DNA of 64,000 nucleotides, from positions 43,834,001 through 43,898,000 of the forward strand of contig JANJGN010000010.1 of NCBI GenBank assembly GCA_026770705.1, written 5' to 3'. Positions within the stretch are counted from its first letter, which is position 1. Every line of letters begins with the position of its first letter. A program made the translations under genes and the position numbers. This DNA comes from Isurus oxyrinchus (taxonomy: Eukaryota). This document shows positions 50,765-62,532 of this stretch, piece after piece. The notes beneath the pieces were generated by a model. It was given only the letters and a program-made list of their open reading frames with translations, had not been told where the DNA came from and ran no database searches.

Positions 50765-51965
50765 ATAAGAACATAAGAAATAGGTTCAGAAGAAAATCAT
50801 AAGCCCTGTTGAGCCTGCTGTGCCACTCCTGAGCTTCAACTCCAATTTCCTGCCAGTTCCCTCTTTCCAATGATTCCTTGATGGACCAAAAATCTGTGTC
50901 TCAGTGATGGCACATCCACATCCCTGTGGGGTAGGGAATTCCGAAGATGTACAACCCTTAGAGTGAAGAAATTTCTCCTAATCTCAGTCCTAACTGATTG
51001 GCTCTTATCTGGAAAGGGTGTCCCTTGTTCTAGATTCCCCAGCCAGGGGAAACAAAATCTCAGTAACTACCCTGTCAAGCCCCTTCAGGATCTTGAATGT
51101 TTCAATGAGATTACCTCTCATTCTTTTAAACTCCGGAGAATGTAGACCCAATTTACTCAGCCACTCTTTATAGGACAGCCCTCACATCCCAGGGACCAAT
51201 CTAGTGAACCTTGGCTCTATTGCCTCCAAGGCAAATATATCCTTCCTTAAATACAGAGACCAAAATTGCACAAAGTATTCTGAGTGTGGGCTCACCAAAG
51301 CCCTGTACAATTGTAATTAGACTTCTTTATTCTTAAACTCCAAACCCCTTGCAATGAAGACGAACATGCCATGTGCTTTCCTAATTGCTTGTTGTACCTG
51401 CAGACTAACTTTTTGCTTCCTTGTATGTGTACACCTGAATCTTTCTGAACATCAACATTTACAAGTTTCACACCTTTTAAAAAGTATTCTGCTTTTCTAT
51501 TCTTACAAAAGGCCAAAGCGAATAACCTCACACTTCCTGACAGTATATTCCATGTGCCACCTTGCTGCCCACTCAATTAACCTGCCTATATATCTTTGCA
51601 GCCTCTTTGTGTCCTCTTTACACTCACATTCCCACCTAACTTTGTATCATCAGCAAACTTAGATACATTGCTCTTTGTCTCTTCATCTAAATCATTAATA
51701 TAGATTGTAAATAGCCAAGGCCATAGCAATGGGGCTTGTGGCACTCCACCAGTTACAGGCCACCAACGTGAAATGTCCCATTTATCCCCACTCTCTGCTT
51801 CTTGTCCATTTATCAATCCTCTATCCATGCTCATCTATCACCCCCAACTCCATGAACGTTTATTCTGTGTATTAATTTTTTGTGTAGCATTTTATCGAAT
51901 GCCTTTTGAAAATCCAAGTGTACTACATCTACTGGCTCTCCTTTCCCTGCCCTACTAGTTACATC
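50765..51965 (-). mobile_element. CR1 LINE, RT 3' half and UTR
   Basis: GGVPQAPLLWPWLFTIYINDLDE...SKFADDTKLGG; tail repeats CATAAGAACATAAGAA. Confidence 0.9.
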
Positions 51966-52659
51966 CTCCTAAACAGGCAAATGCAGCCTTTGTTTAATGT
52001 CTTATCCAAAAGATGGAACCTCCAACAGTGTAACACTCCCTCAATACTACACTGTAGATTTCTATACTCAAGCCCTCAATGGGACTTGAACCCAGAATCT
52101 TACAACTCAGAGGTGAAAGTGCTACCAATTGCGCCATGGCTGACATTCTTGATGAGTTAAAATCTCCCAGCCCTCATGCTCAAGGCTGGGGGGTAGGGTG
52201 GGGTGGGTGGCGGAAGATTTACCACCTACTTTGGCCCCTAATTCTGAAACTTGGTTAAAATCAGCTTATGTTTTCCCCCAAGATTCTGAAAAGGCCAATA
52301 ATCAAACCATCCATTTAGGTGAACAAGATGACCAGAAGTTGAAAAAATTGTTGGTATTTATTGAAAACTGTGATCAGAAAGACTAAATTGGTTCCAATAT
52401 GCAATGCATGACATTTGCTCTCTTTTATATGCATCTACAATTTTCTTTCGCAAACTGTGGCTGTGCACTCCACTTAATTGGTTTTATAAAATAAACATCT
52501 TGATTAAATATATGACAAATGTTAGCACTTTACAATTTATAAATTAGGAATAAATTGGATTTTCTGCTGGAGGCTACTAAAAAGTGAGTAAAAAAATTGT
52601 GGCTTTACATTGGAACCAGCAAACTGTCATGGGCATTGTTTGCAATAAGTTGGAGATTA

Positions 52660-52856
52660 TATACAAAAGCAAAATACTGCGGATGCTGGAATTCTGAAAT
52701 AAAAACAAAAATGCTGGAAATACTCAGCAGTCAGGCAGCATCTGTGAAGAGAGGAACAAAGTCAACTTTTCAGGTCGATGATGAAATGTCACTGATCTGA
52801 AAGATGAACTTTGTTTCTCTCCAAAGATGCTGCCTGGCTTGCTGAGCATTTCCATT
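52660..52856. mobile_element. Penelope-type termini in inverted (hairpin) arrangement
   Basis: Arms 52715-52775 and 52794-52853 are imperfect reverse complements of the same terminal motif. Confidence 0.65.
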
Positions 52857-53539
52857 ATTGGAGGTTATATAATGACAGGAGTCTTATATTTTGAGAATGC
52901 AATAAATTATTTTACAAGATATACAGTCGATCTCCTGTGTCATTGCTCAGAGATGATACCTAGATAAAGAATTGTATTTCTCTCTCCTTGTAGTGAATGC
53001 TCCAATTTTAACTTTGGGCATTCAGTATGAAAATTACCCACCACAGCCAAAAACAGACCTGAGCTATTTTAACTTCTGGGTCTACGCTGAGTGGGAAGGT
53101 GAAACAGGCCTGAGCACATTTTGGCAGCCCAAAGGTGTCATGCAAGGGATGGAATGGGGAGTCAGAGGCAGGGGAGAACTAAACTTTCCTTGTAGCAACA
53201 TCCAGTAAGGAAAGTAAAATCTCTTTCTTTAAATGGACTCTTCTGATCCCAAACCACCATCTCTCCTGACATTATCTGGTGGGAAAACTGCAATTTTTTT
53301 CCGCTTAGGTCAATTTTAAATACTATTCAGGGTTCAATTACATCATCAGACTCAAATCTGCATAGGTCCATTAAGAGTTCATTGGCTTTGGGTGGTGCTT
53401 AATTACTAATCCAGAAGCCTGAGACGGAGGATGGAGGAAGGATCCAGGTTGCTTAAGGTCTGGCAAGTATGCCACATTTTAATGACCTGTCCCTCCCTAC
53501 TTGCCCCGCGTCAGATAGGTGGGTAGGATTAAAAATTGT

Positions 53540-54020
53540 TTCACATTGGCAGGTTTTGGGTTTTGGATCGGGACCCAGACATGCAGCTGAAATGAGGGTT
53601 AGAACCCCCCACTTTGCGGCAAAAAGTCACCCGGCAAGATTTTCTCCAAATTGGCCAATTGGGATTAGAGAGAGAGCATGTCGCTCAATTGAGGACAGCA
53701 GACAGGCTCTCGAAGCTGGAAGGTCAATAGGAGGCCCTCCAGGTCAGAAGAAGCAGCAACCTATAGTTCAGATACGAGAGAGAGAGAGACACAGGGCACC
53801 CCCATCGTGAGGTAGCCTCTCTGAAACGTTTTAAAAATTTACATTATAATGGCCTTAAGTGCCAAGCCACCATTGTCGAGTGGGAGCCCTTCCACTGGAG
53901 GCTTGAGGTTGCAGCTGTAACCAAACAGGTGGGGAGGCCTCAAAATCTTACTCAAGCGCTGCCCCCCTAGTATGGCACTGGGAGGCTGCCTCGATGCTCA
54001 CATATAGGGGCAAAACTTCG
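53540..54020. mobile_element. Harbinger MITE-like fragment
   Basis: GC-rich, contains TTGGCCAATTGG and resembles the 35142-36006 interior; termini unclear. Confidence 0.45.
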
Positions 54021-54448
54021 AACCATCTGCCTCTTTGTGTCTTTTTTATGGTCTATATTTCCTGTTTTTCTCACTCTTTCATTGGATGCCATTCTGGTTT
54101 TCTCTTCTCAATGCTCTCCAGATCTCCTAACTCTTTGTAAATTGCCCTTGATGCAAATTCCTCCTTGTTTCTGTCCCCTCTCTTCTATATGACTTTCAGG
54201 CCTGCAAATTGCATCATGCATGAATCAGGGTGTGATCTTGATGAAACAGACTTTTTACATGCCTAACAAAGCAGAGAGGATGTTGGTCCATTAACCTTAT
54301 TTGGATCTATTTCATGGCTGAGGTAGTGCATAACTGGCTTGGAAACTCCCCACCCCCATTTTCATTTCACTCTGCAGTATAGTAACCATCAGTTACAATT
54401 GCCAGTTGTCAGTTGCTTATGGAGATGATGAAATTATAGGTTCATGCC

Positions 54449-56860
54449 TGTTGTGATATGATGTATATGTACCTTTAAGGGTACGTTTCTCAAACTGCTA
54501 TCAAACACTACCTGACACAGGCTGTGATATAGTCCCATGACTCTGAACACAGTGTACACCAGCAACAGTAGAAGCCAGATGTACTATTCACAGGCTCCCA
54601 GTTAACATTATTTGAAGAAAAGGCTGTATACGTACAAAGAACGCACATTATTGTTTTACTAATCCTTGACATATGATTGGTATGTTTATGTCAAATAGAA
54701 AAATGTATCATGGTTTTTGTAGATTTGGCAGAAGTATACAAGCCTCAACCCTTTCATACATGGCAGAACAACTGCTGTGGAAGTGCAACAACTATCAAGT
54801 ACTAATTCACCATGTATAAGTGATACTGTAATGTTGTAGGAATCCTACATGCTGTACCTTCATTCATCATATCTTGTTCTAGCCAGCAGGCATTGGGTCC
54901 TTGTAAGATTGTTCAAATTTGGGAGAGTTTAATTTGTCTAAGTCTACCTGCTGCGAAGCTTGTGCAGGAACAGCTATTAGAATCTGACTCTGGATGGTGT
55001 AGCTTTCAGCAGAACTCCACAGACAGGGGAGAATCCAATACTTGTGTCTTACTATCCCTTCAGGAGGTTGGCTGTAAATTAAAACACTGCAGAGTGGGCT
55101 AGAGAAGAAGAGTTCACCTAGTAACAGCCCCTAACAGATAGAAGAAGGCGGCAAAAAATGCTTTTTTCACTGTTTAATGTTATCTTTGAAGCAGACTAAA
55201 ATCACTGTTTTGTGGGTGGAGCTTCAGAAGACCTGGAAAGGAGAAACAGGGCACAACAGTGCCACCATTGCAGTCAAGCAATAACCTCTGGCCAGCTAAG
55301 GCTGTGGTCACTTAAGGTATTGCAGCTTAGGGAGACAAACAGCCTGAATGGCTGTCCTGTTTCAGATAAAGTCCCAGTAATCTTGCAAAAAGCCACAGGA
55401 TGACCACAAAATTTTCAACATTCAATTAGAAAGGCCCTCCTATTTGAATTTACTTTGTTCCAACAACATGTAGAGCTGTGTTTTCTAGACCTCAATATTT
55501 CCAAACCAGGTAAACAAGGCATTAAAATTTAAATTGCTTTAGGCAAAGAAAGCCTCCACAGACTGAACACTTCAGGTCTGTCAGGCAATGACCTTAAAAA
55601 TCCAGTTAAAATATGGTCAATACTCGACAATCAAATACAAGTGAAGCTCAATTTCAAATACACCATCTGGAATTCATGCCCTTTAGTCAACAACCAGCGG
55701 AGACCATTGACCAAATCATAAGTAGATGCAGAGACAAGGCGCATGATTGCAGCTTTACAGCAGAATAGCCAAGAGAATAATTGAATTCATGATAGCAATT
55801 ACCCCTGGATGCAAGTACAAACCCATATTACTAGGCAGAGGGTTTACAGACCATGCTTACTTTATCCACCAATGGCACAATAGCCAATACAGGCAAGCCA
55901 AGTAAGCAAAGCTGGTGGTGTGACCTCACACATGCTCCCAGGAATTGCCCAGCTTTTAAGGATATATGCAAGGCATGTGGCACCAGAGGACACTAAAGTA
56001 CCAATGCAGAAAGCAACAGCCAGAACAAATGGTTCAATATCATGAGAAGCCACAAATAGAGGCCAGACAGGCACGGCATTCCAACCAATCAGGAGCGTGT
56101 ACCAAATATTGTCAAGACAAGATCCACGAAATGTCTAGCCAAGCTATATGGTCAGATGTTGAGGATAACCAGACCATTGATGCACAAAGTGAGCAGACAT
56201 TTAGCACAGTGAACATCAAAGAGTGTATTAATATGGTGGTACCAACTAAAGCTTTTGCCACTATCCAGATTTTATGCTCACAGATGCAATGACCATTTAA
56301 TTTAAATGCAAAACTGAATGCTAGTGCAGGTGCAAACATCCTTCCAGTTTACACACTGAAATATATGTATCCATAGACATGGCAAGTGATGATTCAACCA
56401 ACCACTGCCAAACTCACCACATACAATGGTTCATAGATTCCATCCCTGGAATCCATTACAATCAACTGTCACGACAAAAACTCACCCTGGTTACTGCAGA
56501 TATTTGATGTTGTGGACACCATAGGTCCAGTGATCATAGGCCTACCAGCGTGCAGGGACCTGTTCTTGGTCGCCTTCCATACTATCATCAAGATAATAGT
56601 AGGACCACAGACCACAAGGAGCGCAACAGAAACCCCATGCTTACACTGGGAGAAGGTCACTGAACTCGACAACGCAGACTATCAGCCAACAAGCTATGCG
56701 GCACAATTGGAACTGAACATGTATACCAATTATAAACTTGCAAACTTCATTGTACTGCAGAACCAATGCGGAATTACTATTCAGCAGACAAGTGCAGACA
56801 GCAGTCCCCAGTCACCACTTGTCAATACTCCCAGGAGTTTGTGTTGCATTATCCAAAAAA
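54449..56860 (+). mobile_element. Gypsy LTR-retrotransposon remnant (possible LTR near 54449, gag from ~55400, aspartic protease at 56290-56570)
   Basis: AKLNASAGANILP (decayed KLDTGA) then AKLTTYNGS*IP...IFDVVDTIGPVIIGLPACRDL; gag-like LFQQHVELCF...ALGKESL. Confidence 0.7.
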
Positions 56861-56861
56861 C

Positions 56862-57135
56862 AGGGGAAGATGACACATGGGAACACCGCCACCTGCAAGT
56901 TCCCCTCCAACCCATTCATCATCCTATCTTGGAAATATATCAGCATTCCTTCGCTGTCACCACGCCAAAATCCTGGAACTCCCTCCCTAACAGCACTGTG
57001 GGTGTACCTATGCCACAAGGACTGCAGCAATTCAAGAAGGCAGCTCATCACCACCTTCTCCAGGGCAATTAGGCAAGGGCAATAACTGCTAGCCCAACCA
57101 ACGACACCCTCATCCTATGAATGGATAAAGAAAAA
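56862..57135 (+). mobile_element. LINE family B 3' end
   Basis: SWNSLPNSTVG...FKKAAHHHLL plus tail. Confidence 0.85.
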
Positions 57136-58075
57136 CTCCTGGCTGAAGATTGTTGCAAATGCTTCATCCTTATCTTTTGCACTGATGTGCTGGGCTCCTC
57201 CATCATTGATATTAGGGATATTAGTGGACCCTCCTCCTCCAGTGAGTTGTTTAATTGTCCACCATCACTCATGGACTACAGAGCTTGGATCTGGTCCATT
57301 GGTTGTGGAGTCACTTAGCTCTGTCTATCACTTGCTGCTTATGCTAATTGGCATGCAAGTAGTCCTATGTTGCAGCTTCACCAGGTTGAAACCACATTTT
57401 TAGGTATGCCTGGTGTTGCACATGGCATGCCCTCCTGTACTCTTCATTGAACCAGGGTTGATCTACTGGCTTGATGGTAATGGTAGAGTGGTGGATATGC
57501 CAGGCCATGAGGTTACAGATTGTGGTTGAGTACAATTCTGTTGCTGCTGATGGCCCAGAGCACCTCTTGGTTGCCCAGTCTTGAGTTGCTAGATCTGTTC
57601 AAAATCTATCCCATTTGTGCTAGTGCCACACAACACGATGGAGGGTATCCTCAGTGTGGAGATGGGATTTTGTCTCCACAAGGACTGTGTGGTGGTCAGT
57701 ACTGATACTATCATGGGTTGATGCATCTGTGGCAGGCAGGTTCGTGAGGATGAGGCCAAGTATATTTTTCCCTCTTGTTGGTTCCCTCAACACTTGCCAC
57801 AGACCCAGTCTAGCATCTATGTCCTTTAGGACTCGACCAGCTCAGTCTGTAGTGGTGCTACCTAGCCACTCTGGGTGATGCACATTGAAGTCCCCATCCA
57901 GAGTACATTCTGCACCCTCGCCACCCTCAGTGCTTCCTCCAAGTGGTGCTCAACATGGAGGAGCACTGATTCATCAGCTGAGGTGTGGGGTGGGGGGCAG
58001 TACTTGGTAATCAGCAGATTTCTTTGCCCATGTTTGAACTGATGCTGTGAGACTTTATGGGGTCTGGAGTCGGAT
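57136..58075 (-). mobile_element. LINE family B internal fragment
   Basis: Colinear with 27365-28320. Confidence 0.85.
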
Positions 58076-58079
58076 TACC

Positions 58080-58340
58080 TGCTATAGGACCCAGGTCTCT
58101 AGCCTGCCTCAGCAGCGGCCACCACACCTGGAGGCACTGCTGAGCTGCTAGTGCTCTGATTGGACAGTTCTTGGGGGTGGGCTGCCATTCTTTAAATAGT
58201 ACAGCAGCCTCATCGGCCATCATGTAATTGGCAGCCACCTGTAAAATATAGAGGAAGTCCCACTGCCAGTCCATCCATCCTGGTGACATGCATTTCCGTT
58301 TGACATCAGGAGTTCCATAATAATGGCAAAATCCTGGCCC
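58080..58340. mobile_element. Harbinger MITE right-end fragment
   Basis: Ends GGCAAAATCCTGGCCC, similar to the end at 14628. Confidence 0.6.
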
Positions 58341-58354
58341 TGAACACAAAAATC

Positions 58355-58712
58355 TAGGCTGACATTCCCATGCAGAAGCAAGGGAATGCTGCACTACTGG
58401 AGCTGGCATCTTTCGGATTATATATTCAACCCATCACACTCTCAAGTGAATATAAAAGATCCCATGGCACTATTTCAAAAAACAGGAGAATTTTTCCTCA
58501 TGTCCAACATTTATCCCTCAATCAACATTACAAATAATATATCTTCATTATCATGCTACAATACGTGGGACCTTGCTCTGTGCAAATTGGCTGCTGCATT
58601 TCCTACATTACAAAAGGCCTATGCTTCACAATGTACTTTCTTGGCTGTCTTGTGCTTTGAGATATCCCAAAGTTGTGAAAGGGGCTTTCGAAATGGAAGC
58701 CTTTCTTTCTTA
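58355..58712 (+). mobile_element. DeuSINE-like SINE (SacSINE1-type)
   Basis: Deu-core-like AAAAGATCCCATGGCACTATTT...CAACATTTATCCCTCAATCAAC and L2-like tail. Confidence 0.7.
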
Positions 58713-59471
58713 ATTCTAATAAACAAATCCCTACGAGTGCTTAGATTTGTCTAAGTGAATACATGACCTCTAATCAGCTGGGTCAGTATTTGATTAAGTT
58801 GCCTTTGTCCCAAAAGTTTCCTGAACTGATGTTGGCAGAAACCAGATTTTCCCAAATTCCAATTCATCCTGTCCTGTTATCATGGCAGCTTTGACAGAGT
58901 TAACTGTCAGAGTTAATCATGAAGATTTCATCTCTTTACTGCCAGCTCCAAGTTGGAATTATGTACAACAAATTGGAGGACCCCTCAAACTGCTTGCAAA
59001 ATAGAGCATAACCCTCTAGATTAATTTACCAGTTCAGTATCTTATTTCACAATTATATGCATCTATCTCAACTCATTTCCAACATCGGGATAGACAAACT
59101 TTAAATCTTCACACCCGATAGGCAACCATTTTGAGCCATGGCGCACCATAGCTTCTGAGCTTTTTGTTTTCATTGGAAGAATTTTTGGTATGTGTAATCT
59201 CACCCTTAAATATGTTTATACCAGTATTTGCTCGCAAACAGCTACTAAAGGTTACTGCTCCATGCAAGCTAAAAGGGACTTGGAACTGGGGCTATAAAGT
59301 ATGAATAAAGAATCTGCAAAGCTGCTGGGCAGTTTAACTCATTTAACTGAGGCCCATTGCTAAAGGAGATTCATTGCTGCCAGCATTCCCTGCTACAGCA
59401 TCTGCGACATGTACTTGCAAATATAGATTTTGCACAGATTTCCACAATACCTAGCCCAAAAATGAATACTT

Positions 59472-60346
59472 TGAATGCATTTTACACCCAGCAAGCAGGT
59501 ACCATGGGCAAATGCAGAAGCAGGCATATTTTCTGATCCCACTCAGTCCCATGGCCTCACAGAGAATTAACATCCATTGCGATATAAATTACCTTCAGGC
59601 AAGTCTTCTGCCCCATCTGGGGAGGAAGTCCGGCTCCAAGAGCTGCCAGCCAATTGGATGGCTGGCAGCACTTTGGTCCCGACAGTGCCACCGAGAATAG
59701 TGGTCACTGCTAGGATTGCATCCAGTCCCCAACAACTGAAGCTTGAGGAGGGAGGAGAGGGGAGGGGTGGTGGTAGCGGTAATCGCCAGGGGCAGGCTGC
59801 CATGCCCCAGCGAAGTGGATCAGGGGCTGGGTTGCACAGGGCCTGTGGAGGGGGAAAGGGAAACATGGAGGGTCTGAAGCTGGGGGTTGCTCTGAATGAA
59901 ACAGAAAATCCGTAAAAGAAACATGTCCCTACACCCACCCCACCCCCATTCCATCCCCCACCACCCCTCTCCCCGCCAAACTTCCAAAGCCAAAGCGCAG
60001 TCTTACTTGCCAGGTTCCCAACCCCTCACTGACCTCTGACTGTGAAATTGTTGCGGAATGTGGCTCATAGGTGTCCATTAATTGGCCACTAAGGGCTTCA
60101 ATTGGCAGAAGGGCGGGCGGGCTGCCCAGTGCCACCCTTACTGCTTGAAAAATTGCATTGGGGGCAGGGGTGGGCAGATAGGGGCAAAAAAAGCACCCCT
60201 GGCATTTTACGGACCACCTCCCCCCCCCCCCCCCCCCGCCTCCCCCAATCCCCACCCCTCTCCCCCAATCCCCCCCCAACCCCCCCCCCCCCCCCACCCC
60301 CCACACAGCCAGCAAATGCACCACCTGGGAGCACAAAATTCTGCCC
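59472..60346. mobile_element. Harbinger MITE (~875 bp) with an expanded C tract
   Basis: Right TIR AAAATTCTGCCC; decayed left end TGAATGCATTTT; CTT on both flanks; subterminal ATTAATTGGCC motif. Confidence 0.65.
60217..60302. repeat. Poly-C low-complexity tract
   Basis: Several long C runs; source of spurious Pro-rich and Gly-rich ORFs. Confidence 0.9.
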
Positions 60347-61382
60347 CTTGTGTTTATAAATGAAAAACCTAGAGCTCCACATATCTTTATATATTAAAAT
60401 ACCAGTTCAGATTTTTTTTTAAATGTTCAGATCTGGGCAGTCAATCAAACGTGAAGTATTTAGAATTCTGCTGATAAATGTAACATTCTTTAGTGAATTG
60501 GGTGATTAACATTTCACAGGATAAGCAGAGGCACTGCCAGCTGTAGGAAATGGTATGAAATTTATAGCCAATCTAAATATTATATCAAAGTAAAATTGAA
60601 GGTCAGGGATTAGTTTTTTGTTGAATCCCCTGAGACAGCAATATTTGTTTCTTATTTTGGTTCCTTGGCTTGTATGAAGACATTTACCAGACCAAAAGTG
60701 CATCCTCAAAGCATATTTATGTCACAGTCAAGGTTATGGCATTTACCCAAAAGTCCTTGGTAATCATTAAATTTATTCCAAAAAAACTGCAAAATACTCC
60801 TTTAAGCATCTTGCAAGTTTGACACCCTGGATCAGTAAATCATGCATTACCTGGAGTAGGCTGGGTAGCTTGAAATGGGCAATCTGACCTTGGCAAGAAA
60901 GGCTGATTTGGCAATTCTACCTTTAACATAAAAAATTAAACTTTTAATTTACAGATTATATATAAAAAAACAACTTCTTTAAGTATAATAATGAAAATTG
61001 ATGGAGCAGCTTTGGAACTCTGCCAGGCCCATCATTTTAACTCAGCTGTAGTTCAGGGAGCTGTATCTTCACTTTCCAGCCAGCATTTCCTGTTTGTTGT
61101 GACAAAGTGTTATATTACAAACAGATGCAAGAGGCACAATATGAAGTCGAAAGGGCCGAATTTCCATTGGTGCACTGATTCTAAGCATACTGGAGTCATA
61201 CAGGCAAGCCCAGGCATCACCAAGCTCCAAATGCCCCGATTGAGAAATTTGTTTGGTGTTTTTTTGGGATGCTGTGCTTAGAGCAAGCACTGGCCTCAAT
61301 ACATCTTAATTTCAAGATAATCTGTTTAAACTGATACATAATGAATTCCATGCTTTCAGACTTCCTATAGCCCTGCTCAGCT

Positions 61383-61578
61383 GTTCCTTCACTGTCGCTG
61401 GGTCAAAATCCTGGAACTCCCTTCCTAGCAGCACTGTGGGTGTACATACACCTCATGGACTGCAGCGGTTCAAGAAGACAGCTCACCACCACCTTCTCAA
61501 GGGCAACTAGGGATGGGCAATAAAAGCTGGCCCAGCCACCGAAACCCACATCCCGTGAATGAATTTTAAAAAAAGAAA
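61383..61578 (+). mobile_element. LINE family B 3' end, short and well preserved
   Basis: Matches 2838-3020. Confidence 0.9.
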
Positions 61579-61779
61579 CAACTAATTGATCTTTCATTTC
61601 TGTACTTTTGGCTTTGTATTATTTTCTTCTGCTATTTGCTGTCTTGGTTTAACAATGCAGAACCCCTTTTGCATTGGCTTGTAGCCCCATCATTGCTGTT
61701 ACCAGTAGTTACAGATCTTACATAGAACTACACTGTCCGTTATGGGCACTCCATTGAGACTTTCAATGGCAGCTATGGA

Positions 61780-62360
61780 TATGCTTCAGGAAGATATATC
61801 GAAGAAGAGGGAGGAAAACAGCTGTATTCATCCCTTACGCATCTGACATCCACTTGGTATCAGTCCAGGGTCTAAGTATTCAGATCCAGACACACAGACT
61901 TGGCCCAATATGAGGAGAGCTGCCTTCTGAGTTGTAACTCAAAAGAGGGTCAATGCTGAGCTTTGCCATCTACTGTAACCCAAATTGCAGTCAGGATCTA
62001 GCACAGGTACAATCACATCAGGAGCTGTGAAGATTTAGTACAACATTGAACTTTTACATTATCGTCAAGCTAGAGCTGCTGATGACCGCCACATTAAACA
62101 GACTCCAGTTCATTGAACATAAAACAGATCATGGAAACCTTAGTTGCCAAGTGGAACATTTTTTTTCTGATTTCCCAGTGGAAAGGAGGCAACAGTGCAA
62201 GAAGGCACACTACACTTACCAGGTGGCAGACTTTTCTAATGTGCAGGGCCTCAATGGTGACACCCAGGGCTACAACAACAACCTATAGGAAAGATGCTTA
62301 TTCCATGAATGCACAAGTGCTGATGGACCACCAGGCAAAGAAGTGCGCCCCCTCAGCATC
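61780..62360 (+). pseudogene. Old Harbinger transposase remnant H4
   Basis: YQVADFSNVQG followed by YRKDAYSMNAQVLMDHQ parallels GFPQVQGAIDCTH...NRKGFHSMNMQxVCDH. Confidence 0.6.
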
Positions 62361-62414
62361 TATGATGATTTCATTTTGCAGATATTTAGTATATTAGTGT
62401 GGCAGGCATAACAG

Positions 62415-62532
62415 GAGGACTCGAAACGTTAAGTCTGTTTCTCTCTTCACAGATGCTGTCAGACCTGCTGAGTTTTTCCAGCATTTTCTGTTTTTATTTC
62501 AGGTTTCCAGCATCTGCAGTATTTTGCTTTTT
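62415..62532 (+). mobile_element. Penelope-type terminal repeat fragment
   Basis: GGACTCGAAACGTTAAG...GATGCTGTCAGACCTGCTGAG...GCAGTATTTTGCTTT. Confidence 0.65.

Noticed and set aside
56512-57072. 186-aa Gypsy protease-LINE fusion ORF
   Set aside because: Juxtaposition of a decayed Gypsy remnant and a LINE-B 3' end; the protease active site is degenerate and lies outside the ORF.
56862-58075. Twin-priming inversion in LINE-B
   Set aside because: The inverted fragment lies 3' of the tail, which is the wrong side; more likely two insertions or a later rearrangement.
59929-60382. Proline-rich and glycine-rich ORFs
   Set aside because: Produced by the poly-C tract in several frames on both strands.
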